A stretch of 64,000 bases of DNA from the human T2T-CHM13v2.0 reference genome, Homo sapiens, in NCBI RefSeq assembly GCF_009914755.1, contig NC_060941.1; one strand, written 5' to 3'. The notes under the pieces were generated by a model, which saw only the letters and a program-made list of their open reading frames with translations, was not told the DNA's origin and searched no databases. Position 1 is the first letter of the stretch, and each line of letters begins with the position of its first letter. This document shows positions 1 to 64,000 of the stretch, piece after piece. The position numbers and the translations under genes were made by a program.

Positions 1-966
1 AGACCACTTAATCAATGGAAATCCTGGTCCAGAATCCTGAGTGATTTTAACGAAATAGTTCACAGTCATTTATTAAGAGCAGGGGCACCCTAGAAGGAAT
101 TTTTTGGTTCTGTTGAGCCAGATTTATATTTGGCACATGCTCATTCTTTTTAGACTTTTTAGATAGCCTAATAAGATAGGACCATCACTATGTTATATAA
201 ATATGAAATCCATTTGAAAATATGGGACCTGTCAGTATAGGTACTGCTTGAACTGTAACTATGCATATATCTGATTGGCTTTTATGCCCTAGGGTGAGAA
301 GGAGGTCACCTTGAAGCTTTGCAAAGTAAGTTCCTGGTTCCATTTTTCACTTGAATCCCCCTTGGATATCCTCCAGAATGATGTGTTTTCTTTCCCATTG
401 CAACATTATTTTCAGCTTTGTGGAGAAACAAAGTATGTTCCAAGTAGCAGGTGGTCACTGTAGGCCTTCTTTGAACTGTGAACTTTATTTTTTTGCACCT
501 GAACTGCTTTCTAAAACCACATAAACAATATGATAGGGAAGTTGCTATCTGAATAAAAAAACAAAACAAAACCTCACAATGTGTTTGATCTAGTACTGAG
601 CTACACTGGTATATGTGGGCTATATAGAATTATGTGGTTTAGATTACTTGTTTAAGTATAGCAGTGGCTTGGAGGAAAATACATTCTGAGTTTCAAATAG
701 ATAATTTGTAAAGGAAAATTTGAAGTACAGTTGACTTGGCACTTCTGATATTGAAATTTTAGAAGATTTTGTTTCTGTATCTCAATGTAATGCCTAGGCA
801 GAATCCACTAGATGCTTGTATAGATGGTATAAGCAATAATGATTTCGGCTATTTTTAAAAATTTCAATCTTTTTTTAATGTGGCCTCAGAATACCATCTT
901 GTACTTCTCATTTTCCCTATACCTCCTTTTATGTGATTAAGTTTTATTATGTATAGACATAAAGGG

Positions 967-1104
967 GGCCTGGCACAGTGGCTCATGCCTGCAATCCCAG
1001 CATTTTGGGAGGCCGAGGCACGAGGATTGCTTGAGCCCAGGAGTTCAAGACAAGCCTAGGCAATGCAGTGAGACCCTGTCTCAAAAAAAAAAAAAAAAAA
1101 AAAA
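967..1104 (+). mobile_element. Alu monomer (FLAM-like)
   Basis: Left-arm sequence plus polyA. Confidence 0.85.
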
Positions 1105-1116
1105 AGATTGGGGGGG

Positions 1117-2245
1117 TGCTATGATATTACGATATATATGTTGGTTTTCGTCCACAGTTTCTGTCATAGAACACCCATAGTCCCTGTTATTTCCTAAGTG
1201 ACTAAAACAATACACATATATTTTATTGAAATATTTGGCCTTTTATTCTTGGTTTTTGAAGTGGCTTCAGTACAGCTTCAGATCAATAAAAGTGAAAGAT
1301 GGTCTTTTGTAATAATGTTGGGGCACTTTAAACCTCAGAAGCAGGCTTCAGAAAACAGAATCTCTCTCTGACCTTTTCTTGCCTTGCTTTTACCTGCTCC
1401 TTTTTCTCCCCAAGCAGGCCATAGAAACTAAAAATATACTCTAATCATCCCCCAACATTCTGTCTTGGAGCTGACAGCAAAGAAATTATCTGACCTACCT
1501 TGTCTGATTGGAGGTCATAAGACCCCCATTTCAGAAGGCATCCTGCCCTGTACTTGGGAGGAAAGAAGTTGCACAGAGAGGCCAAGAAGACTCTGAACAG
1601 AGAGACCTTGCTAGGTTTCACCACTCAGTCTGTTAGCATTAGGTCCTACTTTTGTCCAATCATATTTCTACACGGTTGTCCATGCTTCAGTCGTGACTGT
1701 CCAGTGAAATCCTGGACCAGGTACAGAGAGCTTCCAGATAGCTGAACACGTGGAGGGTCCTGGAGGGTGGTGCACCCAGGGAGGGTATGAGAGCTCTGCA
1801 CCCCTTCCCACATGCCTTGTTCTGTGCACCTCTTCATCTGCATTCTTTGTACTATTCTTTATAATAAACCAGTACACGTGTTTTCCTGAGTTCTGGGCAC
1901 AGCTTTAGCAAATTAATCAAACCTAAGAAGGGGGTCATGGGAACACTGACTTGAAGCTGGTTGGCCAGAAGTTCTGGATGAGGCCTAGCCTTACAACTAG
2001 TGTCTGAAGTGGGGGCAGTCTTGTGAGACTGAGCCCTCTCTCAGCCTGTGGGATCTAATGCTATCTCCAGGTAGATAGCATGATAATTGAATTGGATTAG
2101 AAGGTGCTCAGCTGGTGGTATCGTCTGCAGAACTGATTGCTTCTTGTTGGTGGGGAGAAATCCCCACACATTTGGTCACAGAAGTCTACTGTGTTGATGA
2201 TTGTGGTGTAAGAGCAGAGGAAAAGCAATTTGATTTTTCTCCACA
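1117..2245 (+). mobile_element. Solo ERV LTR, MER21(A)-like
   Basis: Recognised motifs gagcttccagatagctgaacacgtggag, tttcctgagttctg, ccccacacatttggtcacagaag; TG...CA ends; AATAAA at 1863. Confidence 0.75.
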
Positions 2246-2343
2246 AGGGGAAGAAAATGTTTCATGATTCAACTAATGATTTACCTTTCATTGTAAGGTT
2301 ATCATGCTCAAGTATTAATGTAGGAAGGCTTTTTTGATGCAGA

Positions 2344-2379
<36 letters not shown>

Positions 2380-2380
2380 G
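2344..2380. repeat. (GT)13 microsatellite plus short extension
   Basis: Direct reading. Confidence 0.95.
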
Positions 2381-2720
2381 TTTGTAGAGGGCTAACATTA
2401 AAAAGGGAAATGTAATAAGGAAGAAGAAATGGTGTTCTAAACTTAAAACCCATTTCATCTGCTAAATCGTCCTAGTGAAATACCAACTTTAGTTAATTTA
2501 AAAAAAAGTTTAGTTAATTGTAAAAAAAAAAAAGAATCTCTTCATTATTTTAAAAACCATTTGTGTTTCCTTTTTCTGTAATTTATTCATATTTGTCCAT
2601 TTTTAATTGCAGTGTTATTCTTGTTATTGATTTTTTAAAACGTGGTCTTTATATTTGAGTGAAATTAACCTTCCATCATGAGTTGGAGCATTTTTTCCCC
2701 AATATATACTTCTCTTTTGA

Positions 2721-3957
<1,237 letters not shown>

Positions 3958-4729
3958 CTCAATCTTTAATTAAGAAGCAAGTGCCAGGCACAATGGTATA
4001 CTCCTATAATCTCAGCTACTCAGGAGGCTGAGGTGGGAGGATTGCCAGTGCTTGAGCCCAGGAGTTTGAGACCAGCCTGGACAACATAGTGAGACCCTTA
4101 TCTCAATTTTAAGAAGAAAGAATTAGGTAATGATATGATTTTAATTTTATAGGTGTGGAAACGGAGGCTTAGAGAATTGAATAATCGTATATACCTTATA
4201 AGATTCTCTCATACTCCATTTTTAAAAGTTTTCTATCAAGTTTAAGTTGTATTGATACATGATATATAGTGAAGTGTCTATGTACAATGCTTAATTTACA
4301 TATATATACATTTCCAATTATGAATATATTGCAAACTGTATTAGTGAATGAATTATTCATTTATCATATCAGTATTATATATTACTATAATATATAAATA
4401 TACTAATTATATATTAGTATTAATGTAAACATTAATTTAGAAATACTTTTTTCTCCAGTGAAGCCTCCTCAGACTTCTCATATGCATCTTCAGTATTTAT
4501 GGGTTTCTACCCTTTGAACAATCTAACAGTTCCAGAGCAAATATTATCTTCTAAGAGGTTTGAGATAGATCCTTATTTGAATCAGTATATTATGTTGTGA
4601 CTGGAAATTTTATCCCTAGCCATGTCTCTATTCACATAACATTAGTAAATGTGATTTTTCATTAATATATTTCATATGAGTAGCATTAATGACCTCCATG
4701 ACATAATTACTTAGTCTGTTGCTTTTGAA

Positions 4730-4950
4730 GTGATTCATTCATTCTACAGATACTTACTGAACACACACTATGTGCCAGAAACTGCTAGCATTGGAAGTAG
4801 AGCTGTGAACAAAATCAAGCATCAACATTTCTGATATTTGAGAAGATAGGCAACAAGCAAATATGTGATGTAAAGTAGTGATAAGTGCTGTAAAATCACA
4901 AGAGGGTATAGAATGAGGATTGTTCTTCAAGTTGATAGAACAGATCTTTA
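4730..4950 (-). mobile_element. L2 3' fragment
   Basis: tcattcattctacagatacttactgaacacacactatgtgccag. Confidence 0.55.
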
Positions 4951-4964
4951 AAGAAGTGATTTGA

Positions 4965-5704
<740 letters not shown>

Positions 5705-5730
5705 CTAGTTATTGTGCTACACCCTGCACA

Positions 5731-6836
<1,106 letters not shown>

Positions 6837-7264
6837 CAAATTTAGGAGCTAGCTTATGATTGTAGAAATAATTTTGGCAATAGAAGTGAGGGAACTGAGT
6901 TGTAGTCTAGCTAATTAACATTTGACAAACCATTAACTTTATATGTCTCATTTTCTTCATCTGTAAAATGAGGAAGATTTGATTAGAGGATTTATTAAAG
7001 TTCTTTTAAAATCTGAAATTACAGTTTCTTAATTGGTTTTGTAGAGATTTTGGCTTTATAAAAATGTGTGAACCATAGTGACAGTAGAAACATTTGAAAT
7101 CCTATATTTGGGTGATTCATAAAAGAAAGGAAGAATTATGGGCATCTTGCCTGTAAAATGTTATGTAATCTGAATCGTTACCCACAGCATCCTGTGACTG
7201 ATAAAGGTACTCATGCCCACCTCTCCTCCCTTGTCTTTCTGTAGTACTTTCCTTTCTCCCCGCC

Positions 7265-7893
7265 TCAATAATAGCTTTATTGATGTATAATTCACATACC
7301 ATACATGTCATCTATTAATATTTAAAGCATACAATTCAGCGGTTTTTAGTCTATTTACAGAGTTGTACAGCCATCATCACAATCAATTTTAGAACACTTT
7401 CTGAACTCCAGAAAGAAAGTACCCTGCCTATTTCCCCTCTATCACCTAGCCCCAGGCAACTATGAATCTACTTTCAGCCTCCATAGATTGCCCTGTTATG
7501 GACAAATATGTGGCTGGTTTCTTAGTATAATGTTTTCAAGGTTATTTACGTTGTAGCATGTGTCAGCTATTTCATTTCTTTTTATTGTCAAATAACATTC
7601 AGTTGTATGGATATACCACATTTTATCTATTCCATCAGTTGATGGACATTTGAGTTGTTTTCATTTTGGGATTATTATAAATAATGCTACTATGAACATT
7701 TGTATACAAACATTATGTGGACATGTGTTTTCATTTCTCTTGGATATATACTTAGGAATGGGATTGCTGTATCACATGATACCTCTGTATTTAACCTTTT
7801 GAGGAATTGCCAAACTGTTTTCCAAAAGTGGCTGCACCATTTACATTCCCATTAGCAATATATGCTCCAGTTTCTCTACATCCTACCTTATAC
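7265..7893 (-). mobile_element. L1MB-like 3' fragment
   Basis: agctttattgatgtataattcacatacc...gttgatggacatttgagttg...gccaaactgttttccaaaagtggctgcacc. Confidence 0.7.
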
Positions 7894-8410
7894 TTTTTTT
7901 TTTTTTTTTCTTTTTTTGAGACAGAGTCTCGCTCTGTCGCCCAGGCTGGAGTACAGTGGCACAATCTCGGCTCACTGCAACCTCCGCCTCCTGAGTTCAA
8001 GCAATTCTAAATTATCATGCCTCAGTCTCCCGCATAGCTGGGATTAGAGGCGTTTGCCACCATGCCTGGCTAAGTTTTGTATTTTTAGTAAAAATGGGGT
8101 TTCGCCATGTTGGCCAGGCTGTTCTCGAACTCTTGACCTCAGGTGATCCACACGCCTCGGCCTCCCAAAATGCTGGGATTATAGGTATGAGCCACCGTGT
8201 CCGGCCTGATTGGCCAGCTTTTCATTTGGAATGGGGATAGGACATAGTTGGAAGTTGGTCTCTTTGGTTATTTCCCTAACATGTCCAAGCATCCTAAAGT
8301 ATCAGTCAAATAAGCAGTCTCTTCTCATTCCTGGCAGAGAGTAAGTCAAAGCCTTAATTCAATTTGCATACCTGTTTTCATGTAACAACAAATAATTTTT
8401 TTTTTTTTGA

Positions 8411-8569
<159 letters not shown>

Positions 8570-9152
8570 TAGTAGAGACGGGGTTTCTCCGTGTTGGTCA
8601 GGCTGGTCTTGAACTCCTGACCCCAGGTGACCCGCCTGCCTCGGCCTCCCAAAGTGCTGGGATTACAGGCGTGAGCCACCACGCCTGGCCACAACAAAGA
8701 ATTTTACCAGAAGTGGGTATGATTTATATCTTAGTTTGAATTGCTACTTACCTTTGGGGGAACAGACCTTTCCTTGATGTATCTTTAACACTGAAATCTT
8801 GGCAAGTTGCCAAGTCTCAAATGTTCATGAGTAAGACTGCAATATCACAATATCATAGTCACACAGGAATCTGATAGAAAAGCATCACATTTATAAAGCC
8901 TTCTTTCCTGTACATCACTGACGTTTTGTGAATTTTAAAGAATTTGTAATTATTTTTAAGGAGCATATTTAATGTAGATAATGTAGCCTAGAATAGGCTC
9001 ATTTGAAATGAAACTCTTGCTAATAGGAACTTAATTCACCAAATTAAGAATATTTTGCTTTTGTAGAGATTTTGCTCTTGAAAATGTTGCAGTCTTGATT
9101 TCGTCTTGTCAGTCCAGTCAGAATTGTAAAGTAATTTTTTTTCTCATTCCAG

Positions 9153-61699
<52,547 letters not shown>

Positions 61700-61900
61700 A
61701 TCCTGAGGTGCCGCCATTGGCGGTTCTGCTGCTTCGCTGCAGGGATAAGGTGGAGCTACCGAACAGCTGATTCATATGCCAAGAATTTGGAGTCTTCTTT
61801 CAAACCAGTGGGGGTTGGACAATGAATGTAGTTAACTGGTTCCTGCTCACACTCCAGAATTAAATTCTATTGAAAAAGGAAAATCAGCAATTCAGCAAAA

Positions 61901-61940
61901 AATAAATAAAAAATAAAAATGTAAATATGATAGTAATAAA
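61901..61940 (+). terminator. Proximal AATAAA cluster (4 hexamers), candidate alternative polyA site
   Basis: AATAAA at 61901, 61905, 61912, 61935. Confidence 0.5.
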
Positions 61941-63030
61941 ATAGAGCATAACGAAACTGTGAAACTTTCTGAAGCCTTGTCAGTGGTTAAAAGTATTTAA
62001 CACTCTACTGTTAATGACAGATGTTCTGTTTTTATAACCTACCAAAAGGAAACTAGAGGCTTCTTGGTGAAGAGCATTTTTGTGAAGTGGGTTCTGCAAG
62101 GAGCCTATAAAGCCAAGGGTGGTGTCCATTTCTGGGAATGGTTAAACACAAAAGGCTGATAGCTGGTATCACATAGTTGGAGTCAGTGCATAATTCCAAG
62201 TGGCTTTTTTTTTTTTTGGCACGGGGACTGATCAGGAAGATATATTCCTGCATAACTCAATCTGAACCAAGGATTGTAGTTTAGTTTTCCTCCTTGCCTT
62301 CCCTTCTGTGTGACCGACCCCTTGGCCAAAAAAAAACAAAAAGCAAAAAACAAAAACCTACCCTGTTCTGGTTTTTTTCCTCCCTTTAGTTCCACCCCCA
62401 ACCCCCATTCCCTGGTGTCCTTCTTAGAGATGAAGAAATAATAAGGAAACATCTTTCATAGCCACATTAAATAAGAGAAACTGATATACATTATTTTTTT
62501 CTTTTTAAAGATGACTTATAAGAACCCTGAAATTTATATAGGTGAGACAATAGAAATAAAAAGATCTTCAGCCAGGCCTTTCTGAAGGAGTTATTCTGCT
62601 AAAAATGGTCTTAGTTGTCTGAAAAGCCAGCTCTTGAACCTCTTCACAACAGTATCAACACTGGCTTCTCCCGGTTCATTTTATGCGTGCGAGAAGTCAG
62701 TGGTAACTGCTGCAGGGCTTAATACATTAGTGGTAACTGGTTTAAAAAACAAAGACTGTAAGCCTGTGTGTGCCACTGTTTGCTTCAACAGTATATCCTA
62801 ATAAGCCTCACCTATTTAATCCAATGAGTTTTAAATCTAAATCTCATTCCCTTCTTCTTTCCCTACCTTTTTTTTCTTTTTTTCTTAAAAAAATATTTTG
62901 TGTTATTAACAGAAATTCATATTTGGTGTGGCTTAACGGTATTTCAGAAGGTCATCAGATTGTGAGACTGCTTCCTTGAAACATTTTTGTGCTATTGTTT
63001 TAAAAAAATAATTAAAAAACAGTTGGCGTT

Positions 63031-63036
63031 AATAAA
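63031..63036 (+). terminator. Distal polyadenylation signal AATAAA
   Basis: AATAAA followed ~30 nt later by TTCACTTTATTCTCTTTCTTTG. Confidence 0.75.
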
Positions 63037-63549
63037 AATGTCAATGTGAAACTGATGTCCTGATTCACTTTATTCTCTTTCTTTGATAAGAAACTAAAAA
63101 CTTTCCTATCATTCAGTAGGCTTATGCAAAGTTATACTATCATAGGATTTTTCAAATTCAAAAAAAATCCAGTTCCTTAATTCCTAATTTATAGATCTTA
63201 ACAGAAAAATCCTGAGATTCATTCTAAATCAGTTCTACATTCTCAAAACTCTCTCAGAGACTCTTATAGTCAGCATTCAGGAATGAACTTGAGACTTCCT
63301 CAGTCCCTAGTTTTGAGGCACCCTAGTTCAGGCACCATGCTCAGGGCTGCCCTTAGGCTCTCAAATGTTCTTAAGGCACCAGTGAAGCAGGGGCACCAAA
63401 AAGACTGAGAAAAATGCAGGTTTAATTGAAGAACTCAGAATTTTGCAATCAGAAATTCTGGAAACAGGTTATTTTACTTTCAGCATACATGTGATTTTTG
63501 TCTGTAATAATAGTTAAGTAGTTTGAATTACGTTCAGGGAGAGGTTATA

Positions 63550-63860
63550 CTAGATGTCTTCCATTTGCCTTTCAGAACCCCTCTTCATCCCACTCTGGAC
63601 CCCAGCGGGTGCTGACCCACATGGACTGCAGCATGAATGGCTCCCTTGCCCTCTGACTTCAGCTTCTGTTTATCCAATTATTAATATCCAAAGAAGATGA
63701 GAAGATATAAGGAAGAGATGGTCAGAGTACTCTGGCTTTCTCATTGCCAGGTCACATGGGTTGTCTGTGTCCCTTTAGCAAAGACCACAGCTCTTACCAA
63801 GCAGCCCCCTCTAGCTTCTGGCTCCTTCTCTTTGCTCCTTCACATCTAGGAATAGAAAGA
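63550..63860. mobile_element. ERVL LTR, LTR33-like
   Basis: gctgacccacatggactgcagcatgaatggctcccttgccctctgacttc resembles recalled LTR33. Confidence 0.5.
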
Positions 63861-63875
63861 AAGGAGAACTCGAGA

Positions 63876-64000
63876 GCTGGGTGCGGTGGCTCACGCTTGT
63901 AATCCCAGCACTTTGGGAGGCCGAGACGGGTAGATCACCTGAGGTCAAGAATTCAAGACCAGCCTGGCCAACATGGTGAAACCCCGTCTCTACTAAAAAT
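63876..64000 (+). mobile_element. Alu left arm, cut by window edge
   Basis: gctgggtgcggtggctcacgcttgtaatcccagcactttgggagg. Confidence 0.9.

Larger units (their letters stand above)
61700..63055 (+). other. NPEPPS: NPEPPS 3'UTR (to distal polyA site, end approximate)
   Basis: Repeat-free sequence after the stop, ending near AATAAA 63031-63036 with a U-rich downstream element. Confidence 0.8.

Noticed and set aside
4340-4440. Short AT-rich palindromes (atactaat/attagtat, attaatgt/acattaat)
   Set aside because: 8-bp stems in low-complexity AT sequence are expected by chance.

Overview
Primate (very likely human) genomic DNA, + strand, spanning most of NPEPPS, the puromycin-sensitive aminopeptidase (M1 zinc metallopeptidase). 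I traced 21 coding exons by hand (exons 3-23 in the usual 23-exon numbering; exons 1-2 and the promoter lie upstream of the window). All have GT-AG boundaries and compatible phases. They give 2420 coding nt with no frameshift or premature stop, include the GAMEN, HELAH(x18)E and catalytic-Tyr (ISYSKG) motifs, and end at ...RKASPPTV-TGA (61697-61699), followed by a ~1.35 kb 3'UTR. The introns hold roughly 75 Alu copies or fragments plus old L1, L2, MIR, LTR and Tigger relics; these explain almost all of the supplied ORF track. There is no prokaryote-type system here. The best leads are RNA-processing hypotheses: (1) an inverted-Alu-bracketed exon 20-21 circle of 264 nt with a stop-free looping ORF; (2) an intron-12 read-through stop plus polyA signal giving a catalytic-core-only protein; (3) a CAG codon in the last exon where I recall Glu, which also creates an in-frame acceptor; (4) re-splicing-prone junctions and candidate poison exons; (5) several odd repeat-insertion scars. 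Repeat subfamily names are from recall of consensus sequences, and repeat boundaries are approximate.
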